In this document: positions 14,102-25,816 of the stretch, in pieces
Layout of the letters: every line of letters starts with the position of its first letter
Numbering within the stretch: position 1 is the stretch's first letter
NCBI GenBank assembly: GCA_951406725.2
Contig: OX597827.1
Coordinates: forward strand, 23,374,001-23,438,000
From: Octopus vulgaris
Lineage: Eukaryota
Reading direction: 5' to 3'
DNA length: 64,000 nucleotides
Translations under genes and position numbers: made by a program
Notes under the pieces: generated by a model
Databases searched by the model: none
What the model saw: only the letters and a program-made list of their open reading frames with translations
What the model was told of the DNA's origin: nothing

Positions 14102-14147
14102 AACACAACGTTTCGCTTGATATGCCCTCCTGCTTTCATCAGGTGTA
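14102..14147 (-). ncRNA. Minimal type I hammerhead motif with decayed stem II
   Basis: Minus strand: acac-CTGATGA-a-agcag-gagggcatat-caagc-GAAA-cg-TT-gtgtt. Confidence 0.55.
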
Positions 14148-14163
14148 TTGGGGAAATTTTGAG

Positions 14164-14207
<44 letters not shown>

Positions 14208-14233
14208 GTTATTATTATTATTATTATTGTTAT

Positions 14234-14329
<96 letters not shown>

Positions 14330-14514
14330 TGTCACTGCCTGAAATCGAACTCGAAATTTTAGGATTAGTACCCCGGCTCTTAACCACTACGCCATACGGC
14401 GTACTGGTTAAGAGTCATATGCACTACAGGCATACGATGTAGTGGTTAAGAGCGAAGGCTACTAACCCCAAGATTCCGAGTTCGATTCCAGGCAGTGACC
14501 TGATTAATAATAAC

Positions 14515-14581
<67 letters not shown>

Positions 14582-14631
14582 GCATCGAAAAATACCTTGA
14601 GAATGAGAAGCCAGGTTCGAAATTTCCCAAA

Positions 14632-14677
14632 GACACCCGATAAAGGCTGGAGGGTATGTCAACCGAAACGTTGTGTT
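14632..14677 (+). ncRNA. Minimal type I hammerhead motif with mutated core
   Basis: gacac-CCGATAA-a-ggctg-gagggtatgt-caacc-GAAA-cg-TT-gtgtt; its lesions differ from those of the 14102 copy. Confidence 0.5.
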
Positions 14678-14739
14678 CACAACAAACAAGATAAGGACAA
14701 ATATCCACCAAATGTAAATAATGTAAATAATGTTGAGTG

Positions 14740-14798
<59 letters not shown>

Positions 14799-15569
14799 TA
14801 ATGTTTTTGTTGTTGTTATCTTTATCCTCCTCCACCTCCACCTCCGCTTTCTTCTTTTCCTCCTCCTCCTCCTCCTCTCCTCCTCATCATCATCATCACC
14901 ATCATCACGTTTACAGCTGTTAACAAACCTTTGAAATATTTATTTTCACTACCGAAACGCTTTTAAATTCCTCCTTATGTTTTTTTTAAAGAACATATCA
15001 ATAGTTTTTATTTCATTACATACAACATTGCGTATTTTAAAACATTATTCAGAATTAATATTTGTTTAGATTCATTGATAATTGTTAAAAAAAAATATTT
15101 CTCATTTAGGCTGAACTAAAAAGTATTAATGCCGTATAGATATTTTGAAGTCCCGTAATATAATTTTAAATATCATTCACGCTCGGAAGAATGTCTTCTG
15201 ATGCATACATGATCAATAGAGTGGAACAACGCGTGGCTTCACAGAAGCAATGGCCGTTAAATTAAGGTAGAGGCCTCACGGGTTGTCAGTTCGCATCTCC
15301 TCATACTTTTCTAAGCTATATCTAGGTTAGCTGATTTCTGGTTCGTATCCTGCAAAAAATAGTGTTTTTTTCCTACTTCTTTTTCTTTCTCTCTCCCTTC
15401 CCATCTCTCTGTTTCACTATATGTATATATATTCCACCTCACTATCTCCCTTTCTTCTAAATAGAAACACGTATACACACACACACTCACATACCAACAA
15501 GTATATGAGCTACATACATACATGCATACAAGCATACATACAAATATATGTGTGTGTATATACATACAT

Positions 15570-15675
<106 letters not shown>

Positions 15676-15676
15676 C

Positions 15677-15930
15677 ATTTACTCATTTACTTGTTTCAAA
15701 TATTTGACTGTGGCCATGCTGAAGCACCGCCTTTAGTCGAGGAAATCGACCCCAAGACTTATTCTTTGTAAGTTACGTCCCCGTAACTTAGCGGTTCGGC
15801 AAAAGAGCCCGATAGAATAAGTACTAGGCTTACAAAGAATAAGTCCTGGGGTCGATTTGCTCGACTAAAAGCGGTGCTCCAGCATGGCCACAGTCAAATG
15901 ACTGAAACAAGTAAAAGAATAAAAGAATAG
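15677..15930. mobile_element. SINE family A 3' ends in fold-back arrangement
   Basis: 15677-15772 is the reverse complement of ~15829-15926. Confidence 0.8.
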
Positions 15931-16351
15931 ACGAATACCTACACCCTTGGAATATATATATACATATGACATCACTACACAAGTAGTCCCCATACGTCCA
16001 CCACACTTAATAACTCGCACATTTCCCACAACTAGTTCAAGATAACTCTTACCAATTTACAGCGAATCTGACCAAGGGACATAACTCCTAACCTAATCCC
16101 ATGCTCATTTCCGTTTCACCATCCTTTTTCACAGCAACCGCAAACCGAATGTATCCATTCACCTCCGACAATAGAGAATAGTCGTCATATTCCTTTCCAT
16201 ATCGGCTAACTCTAATGAGCGTAAGGTTATATAATCGGATTGTTACCTAACAGTCCGTTGTATTCCTATCACGAAATCGATTGGCGAGATCAGCCATGAT
16301 GGATATATAATACTATACAGTTCGAATTTTATATATATATATATATATAAT

Positions 16352-16590
16352 GTTTCCTTCTCGATCCATGCCAGACTCGTGAGGGCCGGTTTTCAGGTTT
16401 CAGTGGTGCATAAATTCCCCAACCTGGACGGAACGCCGGTCTGTCACAGGGTCACGCAGTTTGGCCAGCTAAGTGGACTGGAGCAATGTGAAATGAAGTG
16501 TTTTCACAACGTGTCATCCGATCCAGGAATCGAAAGCACAATCTTACGATCATGAGTCCAACACCCTAACCACTAAGTCACGTGCCTCCA
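16352..16590 (-). mobile_element. tRNA-derived CORE-like SINE
   Basis: Minus-strand head tggaggcacgtgacttagtggttagg...ttcgattcc; core cacttcatttcacattgctccagtccact; related + copy at 44177. Confidence 0.7.
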
Positions 16591-16609
16591 CGGGGAATGA
16601 AGTACCTAT

Positions 16610-17060
16610 CCAAATTTGCTTCATATTTATGGTGCACCGTTCCTTTATATAGCTCCTAATAGGAACCGAGCTCATTGTAATTCAATGCTACTTTTATCCT
16701 ACTTTCACGGTTTGGATCGTTATCGTCATAAACTCGCAGACTTTCCTCTATAACTGCTGACTTTTGAACAATATTCTTCGCAACCAATCAATGCGGAGTT
16801 GTGGGAGATTTTTGTATTTTCATTTGAATTCTTAGCCTGCCCTTGTTCTAACTGCATCGGCTCCTCGTGAGTTCAACGTTCTTCATGGGACACGAACCAT
16901 TTCGTCACATCACATTCTCAGACGTCTTCAAAACCTCCGTCATTTACAACTCTCACAAAACCTTTTCGAAATTGACATAGACTTTCGGCTTTTGGAAACT
17001 TGTGAAGTCGCAGATGTAGTCTAATGGCACATTCTCCCAACAACTATTCAAAGTTGTGGT
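16610..17060 (-). pseudogene. Possible highly degenerate RTE-like RT remnant
   Basis: Only a YVNFEKV segment resembling FVDLEKAFD is recognisable; many stops. Confidence 0.25.
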
Positions 17061-17156
17061 ATATATGTTTGTATATGTCATTGTTCATCTTGAAATAAAA
17101 GTGAACAATGACACACACACACACACATATATATAAATACATACATGATTTATATA

Positions 17157-17555
17157 TCTCTCTATATATAAAGCTGAAGTTGTCTGTGTATGGCAGGTTT
17201 GGTAGCCTTCAACTAACACTATCTCTTCCGAGACCCTGTGACGCAAGTTGACCAAAATTGAGAGTATGATAGAAGATGGCTTGCTCTTCCTTCCGCAAAA
17301 GAAAAAAATTCAAATCGCACCATGTTAACACCAAAAAGTATTAACATCAAAAAAGTGCTTTTTTTCTATGAAAATACCTATTTTTTACGATTTTTTTACT
17401 GCTGTGTCGCCATTTTTCAGTGTATTTCAACCAGAAAAAGGTTCACTTAAAGAAAATAACAAGCTACATAATACAAAATTTTTACTTTTCAAAAATTCCA
17501 ATTTTTAAGGGTTGAAAAGAAAACAAGCCCGAGCAACGCTGGGCGATACTGCTAG
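17157..17555 (+). mobile_element. Non-autonomous Helitron
   Basis: A|TC start (tctctctatatataaa), subterminal hairpin gcccgagcaacgctgggc at 17527-17544, CTAG|T end, no TSD. Confidence 0.8.
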
Positions 17556-18039
17556 TATATTATATATATGAGCAGAATTTAGGTTAGTTGAAATATGTTT
17601 GTCACACATTTCAACTGCTAAAAGGCAAATACACTGCAGTTACCGTGGGGAATAAACCTCTCTTATGGTAAAAAGGTGTGAAAACTCCGGTTTATTCAGT
17701 GTCACCATCTATTAGGAATCTCAGACGTCGATGTTTCGAGTTATTTTGGCTAAATTCTGCTCGTACCTAAACACTGCTTCGCGCTAACGCTTCGTTGTTT
17801 ACCTCGATCGGGCGATCTACAAGCGCACATCAGTCAGTGTATTGTCTCATTAAATTTTACATAAAGCTATAGCTTTCTAAGTTCGTTCAGAGTTGTATTT
17901 TCCTTGCACCAGTTGAACAGTCACAAGCATATTTCAGCCAGCCTAAATTCTGCACATACTTTCGCGCCAATGCTTCGTTATGTATAGACATCAACATCAA
18001 CATTCTTTTCTCTGCCGTATGGCAAAATTCCTAACACGT

Positions 18040-18325
18040 CAGCTGAATTCAGTTCGTTTCCAGTCGAAAGGCGCATTTTGTGATGTCCTGTTATTATTAT
18101 TATTATTATTGTTTTTTCGTATTATTTTTGCATTTATATTCGTGTAACATCGTCCGTTTTTCCGTCCTTGTTTCGTATACATTCCAAGCTTTTTTCCAAG
18201 AAATCTAATCAAGATTAGTTGCGAGGATGATCCGGTTCTTGACTGAAGATTAAAGGCTTCGAATGACCCGTCCGTGTTTTTTGTATCGCCTTCTGGATGT
18301 TTTGCGTTCTTGTCCCATTTTGTAT
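18040..18325 (+). repeat. Unclassified interspersed repeat; second copy on - at ~50790-51010
   Basis: ggatgatccggttcttgactga...ttcgaatgacccgtcc...cttgtcccattttgtatt shared with the reverse complement at 50.8 kb. Confidence 0.7.
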
Positions 18326-18334
18326 TATATATAC

Positions 18335-18394
<60 letters not shown>

Positions 18395-18600
18395 ATGTAT
18401 GCATGCATGTATGTATGTGTGTGTATATGTATGGATATATATATATATACATATATAAATATAAGAGAGTGGTCACTATGTGGCTCACTCTAGCACCAGT
18501 TAATCCAAAAGGTTTCAACCACGAAAATACATGTTTCCCATGAAAGTCAGTACGATTGTTAGCTCACACGGACAGGGCAAATAAAAAATAACAAAAATAC

Positions 18601-18695
18601 AGATTATTTTGGGACAATTGTTTCGCTATTAATGAATTAAATGTAATTTTACTTACAAAAAAAATCCATTTGTAGCTCGTCAGCCAAAACTATCT
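18601..18695 (-). ncRNA. Type I hammerhead ribozyme, intact (copy 1)
   Basis: agatagttttgg-CTGACGA-gcta...tagc-GAAA-caattg-TC-ccaaaataatct: 12-bp stem I with 1 mismatch, G-C closed stem II, palindromic stem III, GUC site (cut 18613/18612). Confidence 0.88.
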
Positions 18696-19135
18696 GGATG
18701 AAATCCACTCAATCACACGCCAGATTTTACCATAACGATAAATACGCGTGTGGTTCAATTGATTACATCCGACGTTATAATTCAAATGCCCCAACTAACA
18801 GCGCGCCAAACTTTCACGGAAAACAAATACAGCATTTAGAAATAAATGCAGCATAATTATAATTAATTAATAAGGGTGAGAGAATTAGATACTAATTTAA
18901 TAGTATATCTATTCAACACCAAGTGGCCTAGTGCTCCGAGAAACCTGGATTATTATAATATTTTATAACATATTATAATATTTTTACAAAATAAATATAA
19001 GAGAGTGGTCACTATGTGGCTCACTCTAGCACCAGTTAATCCAAAAGGTTTCAACCACGAAAATACATGTTTCCCATGAAAGTCAGTACGATTGTTAGCT
19101 CACACGGACAGGGCAAATAAAAATAACAAAAATAC

Positions 19136-19231
19136 AGATTATTTTGGGACAATTGTTTCGCTATTAATGAATTAAATGTAATTTTACTTACAAAAAAAAA
19201 TCCATTTGTAGCTCGTCAGCCAAAACTATCT
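19136..19231 (-). ncRNA. Type I hammerhead ribozyme, intact (copy 2)
   Basis: Same motif as copy 1; cut 19148/19147. Confidence 0.88.
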
Positions 19232-19273
19232 GGATGAAATCCACTCAATCACAATTAGTATTTAAGTAATATG

Positions 19274-19357
<84 letters not shown>

Positions 19358-19398
19358 CATTATTATTTTTATCGTTATTATTATTGCTATTATTATTA

Positions 19399-19469
<71 letters not shown>

Positions 19470-19497
19470 GTTATTATTATTATTACTATTATTATTA

Positions 19498-19582
<85 letters not shown>

Positions 19583-19944
19583 TCATTATTACTATTATTG
19601 TTATTGTTGTTGTTACTGTTGTTGTTATTCGGTCCATTAACTCAGAAATCCGTTAAATCAGGATCTATAAAAGCGAGGGTTTATTATATATACATATACG
19701 TATCTGCGTATATTTGTGTGTCTTTGTGTGTGTATGTGTATGTGAGAGAGAGAGAGAGAAAGTGTGTGTGTGTGTGTGCGCGCGCGCGTGCGTATATATG
19801 TTTATATTTGTGTGCGTGATTGTACGCTTGTCTTTCTGCATGTGTATGTCTTTGAGTGTGTGTGCGTGTGTGTGTGTGCACATATGTCCGCTTATATTCG
19901 TGTGTATGTGTGCGCGTGTGTGTGTGTGTATGTGTGTGAGTTTT

Positions 19945-21240
19945 ACAAAATGCCCCAAGAAATGCTACCTGCTGCTTTTGGAGTGCAGCCAGAGAAATAA
20001 TTGACCACCTCTTCTATGGACTCTTTATGTTAGCTTCAAATGAATATACAGGGTGTCCATAAAGTCTCTTTACAATTTTAAAAAACTTATTACAAAAGCA
20101 GTTGATGAGATATTTTAACCAGATTTGTTTTATTTTAATAATTGTTTATTAAAGTCTTTTATCGATATTAAACTTTTGTGTTTCGGATACTCTGTTGATG
20201 GAAGGGAACTGATTCACCGAACCCCTATAAAATAGCTACTCGTCATGAAAAGGTACAATGTGTATCCTGGTATATTGAGACAAAATCGGATGTTCAGACT
20301 CAACGAAACTACAGAACTAAGTATGGAAGAGATCCACCATCGCATCCTTCAATTCGTGCATGTGTGGTGTGGAACCATGTGCAATCGAATAATTGATCCA
20401 TTTTTCTTTAACGAGGCAACAATTACTGCAGATGTTTACTTCGAACTTCTGACCGAATAAGTGGCACCACAACTGATTGATTTACAACCAACCATCATTT
20501 TCCAGCAAGATGGTGCACCACCACATTGGGGACGGCATTTTCGTCACTTCCTCAATCAAACATTTCCAGACCGATGGATTGGAAGGGATGGACCAATTCC
20601 ATGGCCACAGCGTTCGCCATATATCACTCCCTTTGACTTCTTTTTATGGGGTTATATAAAAGATATCGTGTATCAAACAAAGATACGGGACATTGCTGAC
20701 TTGAAGCAAAGGATTCGTAATGCCATTGCCACCGTTGATGAGGCTATCCTACAGCGAACATGGCAAGAAATCGAGTAGCGTCTTGATGTGCTTTGCGCAA
20801 CTAATGATGCCCATAGTGAAGTCTATTAAATAACAGTTAAAAAAAACTTTAATAAACAGTTATTACAATAAAACAAATCTGGTTAAGATATCTTGTCAAC
20901 CGCCTTTGTAATAAAATTTTTAAATTGTAAAGAGACTTTATGGACACCCTGTATATCAATCACCACGACAAACTTGGTCAGTATTTGTTTTGGATCATAT
21001 GCTGGAAGTCTGGACTCCCATTCGAGAAGAACTGGATGGAGCATAAACTTGCCAAAGAAGTAGAAAATAAAGAGACCACAGTTATTTGCGACGTTAGTTA
21101 TCAAACTGACCGAGCTATTCAGGCCAATTGACCAGTTATTTTAGTAAAACTCACGTTGTCAAAATATGCTTACAGAGGTTTTGCAGACTGCAAAACCTCT
21201 GTAAAAACGACTGAAAAGTTAGTTAAAAGCAAGGACTTTG
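19945..21240 (+). pseudogene. Degenerate R4/Dong-like zinc knuckle/RLE fragment split by the transposon
   Basis: [16 protein letters not shown]...LASNEY | INHHDKLGQYLFWIICWK...WMEHK...ENKE...QTDRAIQAN*P reads through once 20049-20953 is removed. Confidence 0.7.
20049..20951 (+). mobile_element. Tc1/mariner DNA transposon, DD41D (rosa-type), internally deleted
   Basis: ~105-bp imperfect TIRs starting cagggtgtccataaagtc; TA TSD; FQQDGAPPH...WIGRDG...WPQRSP...PFDFFLWG with 41 aa between D2 and D3; stops present. Confidence 0.9.
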
Positions 21241-21283
21241 ACGATGACGATGATGATGATGATGATGTCGTTGTTGTTGTTGC

Positions 21284-21329
<46 letters not shown>

Positions 21330-21720
21330 GGTTAAGATAATGATTGTGACGACGACGATAACAATGATGAAAGCAGTGAAGATAATTAGAAGTATACCAA
21401 CAGAGATTGTAATGTCGAGAAGTTGTGCTGGTACGTGTGTGGTGGCAGTGGTGGTGGTGGTTGTGGTGGTGGTGGTTGTGGTGGTGGTGGTGGTGGTGGT
21501 GGTGGTTGTGGTGGTGGTGGTGTGGTGGTGGTGGTGGGATATATCGTCAGTGAAAGGAATTCAGTGAAAAACTAAATTGTAATTAAAGACACAAGGTTTA
21601 TTCAATATAGAGAACGAACGTCTGCCATTTTGGAAAACGGACAGACATTAATGGCGGGATAATATTGTGGAGCGTTGGTGGAGTTTGTTTGAAAAGTTAG
21701 GAAAATGTAGACACTCACAT

Positions 21721-21757
<37 letters not shown>

Positions 21758-22085
21758 CATACATACATATAGCAAGTGTTCATAAAAATGTATATCTACG
21801 TATATATTTATACATATAGGTGTATGTATGAATGTGTACATGTGTGTAAGTGAGTGAATATGTGCGTGTGTGTGTGTGTGTATGTGTGTGTGTGTGTACG
21901 TATTTGTGTGTTTGTATGCGTGTTTATAGAAGTTCAAGAAAGACACAAAAGGTTACAAATTAGATTTGATTGTGGCGGACTTAAAAACAAAACCAAAAAT
22001 GGTGAAATATTTTATAGACAAATTGCTCTCCCTCACTTTCGCCCTCTCTCTCCTCCTTCTCTCCTCTCGTCTCGCTCCCTCCCTC

Positions 22086-22120
<35 letters not shown>

Positions 22121-22204
22121 CGTATACAGACACATATACTAATAAACATACTTTCGTAAATACACACATACGAACTTTAACCCACTTTGCATCCTCGTAG
22201 TTTA

Positions 22205-22235
<31 letters not shown>

Positions 22236-23145
22236 TGTATGTATGTATGTATGTATGTATGTGTATATATATATATATATATATATACACATTTATATTT
22301 GTATATATATATATATATATATAAATACATATATATATTCATATGTATATATGTGTATAGATATGTATGTATATACGTACATACATACATAGATACATAC
22401 GTACACACACACACATATATATATATATATACATATGTAAATACATACATAAATACATCTATACATACATACATGCATACATATATGCAAGATAATATAG
22501 CAACGAATATAGAAAAGAAAAAGAATTGAATGAACGAATTTACGAACGAAAGAAAATGAAACAAATATTGAAGAAAATACGGAAAGAGAAAGAAAGCGAG
22601 CAATAGAGTTTTAGAATTATGGAAAACAAGAATTGGATTTGTTTGGTGGTAAAGTTGATTACCAGATATTCATTATATCATGGAGATTAGAAGAAACAGT
22701 TGATCACTCTAAATTGATATCGCTCCCAGTGAATACGGCGAACATTTCATATCAATACATAAATCTTATGCGAATGTTTCGTTCTTGTTTCTTTTTAAAG
22801 TTTTCATGCAGAGAGATATAGAGGTAGAGGACAAAGGAAGTTGAAATTTATATATATATATATATATATATGAAGAAAGAAAGAGAGAGAGAGATATATA
22901 TGTATATACATATGTATATATATATGTATGTTTATATATGTATATGGTATAGTATATAGATACGTGAATATGTGCATACATACACACAAACATATTAAAT
23001 GCATTTTATATATATGCACGCGCACACATATAATTAAAGTTATTATTTCAAAGCAATTTTAAGAAAAACAGCAGAATAATTACTAATCGGACGTCTGGAT
23101 ACTAGAAGTAAAAGGAAATTATTATTATTATTATCATTATTATTA

Positions 23146-23221
<76 letters not shown>

Positions 23222-23588
23222 CATCATCATCATAATTATCATCATCATCATCATCATCATTATTATTATTATTATTATTATTAATATCGTATTGAGTGGG
23301 ACATCGAGTTTCTCCTGGCTGTTTATACGACTAATGGAATAAGCCGTCAGGTGAAACTTAAATACCCAGGTAACACGAAATTCTATCCATCATACTTACC
23401 CATATGCATGTTCACACACACACACACACTTTTACATGCGTATATATATGTGTCAGTGTATGTATGTATGCATGTATGTATGTATGTATGTATGTATGTA
23501 TGTATGTATGTATGTATGTATGTATGTATGTATGTATGTATGCATGCATGCATGTATGTATGTATGTATGTATGTATGTATGTATGTA

Positions 23589-23644
<56 letters not shown>

Positions 23645-24132
23645 TGTGTACACATATATGTCAATGAATAAACACACAAGCACGAAGGAATGAACCATCA
23701 GCATTGACGACAAATATGTTTGTCATGGCTAAGTAAATGTATCGAATATGCTAAGGAAATATGGATAGAATATGGATAGAATATGCTTGATTGTGAATAT
23801 AGATATTCAAATAACGCAAAGAACTGCATTCTAAGCATTTTAAGACGTCTTTTTATTGATAAAGGTATTAGTTTTCGTCATTGGAACATAAGCAGACATA
23901 TGCACACACACACACTTACACACCCAAAGATATACACCCACAAAGACACGCATACACTCACGCACACAAGTATAACCACATATACGGGCGCACGCACGCA
24001 CGCACACACGCACTCTCTCTCTCTCTCTTTCACTCACACACACACAAAGACACACACATATACGCAGATACGTATATGTATATATAATAAACCCTCGCTT
24101 TTACAGATCCCGATTTAAAGGATTTCTGAGTT

Positions 24133-24530
24133 AGGAGTGGCTGTGTGGTAAGTAGCTTGCTAACCAACCACATGGTTCCGGGTTCAATCCCACTGCGTGG
24201 CATCTTGGGCAAGTGTCTGCTGCTATAGCCCTGGGCCGACCAAAGCCTTGTGAGTGGATTTGGTAGACGGAAACTGAAAGAAGCCTGTCGTATATATGTA
24301 TATATATATATGTATGTGTGTGTGTCTGTGTTTGTCCCCCTAGCATTGCTTGACAACCGATGCTGGTGTGTTTATGTCCCTGTTACATAGCGGTTCGGCA
24401 AAAGAGACCGATAGAATAAGTACTGGACTTACAAAAGAATAAGTCCCGGGGTCGAGTTGCTCGACTAAAGGCGGTGCTCCAACATGGCCGCAGTCAAATG
24501 ACTGAAACAAGTAAAAAGAGTAAAAAAGAG
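24133..24530 (+). mobile_element. SINE family A, full length
   Basis: B-box ggttcaatccc with complete body and tail. Confidence 0.88.
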
Positions 24531-24602
24531 TAATGGACAATAACAATAACAATAATAGTAATAATGATAATAATAATAACAACAACAATAATAATAACAA
24601 TG

Positions 24603-24690
<88 letters not shown>

Positions 24691-24692
<2 letters not shown>

Positions 24693-25250
24693 TGCCCTGA
24701 TGCAGTACCAGACAGTGGCTCTCATGGCTTCTGATCTTAACTGATTGGAAGTGTTATCATGTACATTGTTTTGTCTTGGTATAAAAGATGGGCTACAGCA
24801 AATATTCTGCTCAATACCACAGATTTGCTTGTCAGTTGTTTGACCTTAACCAGTTGAGCATGTCCCTTAGTGGCTGACGATATGTGCATCTCTGATCACG
24901 AGCAGAAGTAGTGGGGGAGCATCATAGCCATGTGTTGAGAGGGATTCTTTGGGGTTTGAATAATTCACCTCTGGAAACATGGGTGGTTCTTTCAACATCC
25001 TTAAACAACCCTTATTCAGGGACCGTTTGAGCGGGATGGGCTACTCAACCTGAAGAAAATTCTAACTGGGCCCCACCTGCAAGGTCATGTGCTGTTTATC
25101 TTGATATGAGATCACCATGTCGCGCACATATGGTTGTGATGCATGTGCCTGGTGTACCTTTATCAGACGGGTAGTCATGATGGGTATATTGGGCTTCGTA
25201 TATTTTACCCCAGTGTCACTTTGATGGCATGAACTGCTCTCTCACTCAAT
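24691..25250. mobile_element. Non-coding ~560-bp interspersed repeat inserted in (AAT)n; second copy 59131-59641
   Basis: The two copies are colinear from ccctgat...gatcttaactgattggaagtgttatcat to tgctctctcactcaa. Confidence 0.75.
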
Positions 25251-25816
25251 AATAATAAAAGTAATAATAATAATAATAATATTCCTAAGATTAGTGGAGA
25301 GACCTTTGGCACATCACATTGATACAGATGTTTGTTTAATAGATGGAATTTAAGGGTCTCTTTCCGTTGGGCGTCCAGCATTAGAAAATATTAGTAGGCA
25401 GCCCCCATCCTAGAGCAGAGGCAGGATGCTCATGCAGGGTTAACAACGAATGCCCAGCGGTGGATGTGTTTTGGGGTTGATGCAACTCTGAAGGTGTAGT
25501 GTATGAGGTTTAGTTGTTGACCGACACTAGCAACGGCACCAACAACACACCCACCGACAACCACAGCGACAGCAATTGCAACGGCGGATGCGAAACTTGC
25601 AACCGCAGCTGTGACAGCAATACCGACAACAAGAGCAACACCAGTAATACGTACGGCGGTAGCAGCGACATCAGCCTTGTTAGCGGCAAGCACAGCACCA
25701 GGATCGCATCCAGCTATAGTAACAATAATGGCAGCGATACCAGCAATATGTTGGCAGTATTAGCAACGGGCCCACCAGTGACAGCAAATTCGGCAGCGAC
25801 AACAGCAACAACAGCA

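Larger units (their letters stand above)
13822..14733. mobile_element. Cluster of tRNA-headed SINE copies (family D) with internal (AAT)n and an HHR-containing tail: inverted tail piece 13822-13880, + head 13880-13944, - copy 14015-14400, + copy 14428-14733
   Basis: Head gtagtggttaagagc...gagttcgattccaggcagtgacc; tail ...gaggacaaatatccgtcaaatgtaaataatgtaaataatgtac...catctcttaaatatagaact occurs in both orientations. Confidence 0.8.
18455..19253 (-). mobile_element. Non-coding retrozyme/PLE-like element: two ~263-bp direct repeats (18455-18717, 18991-19253), period 536 bp, each with an HHR
   Basis: The repeats differ only in two A-run lengths; no credible ORF; flanked by (TA)n and (ATT)n. Confidence 0.85.

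Noticed and set aside
18230-18285. CTGAAGA...GAAT hammerhead-like string (also at 50.86 kb, minus strand)
   Set aside because: No GAAA, no stem II pairing and no stem I in either copy
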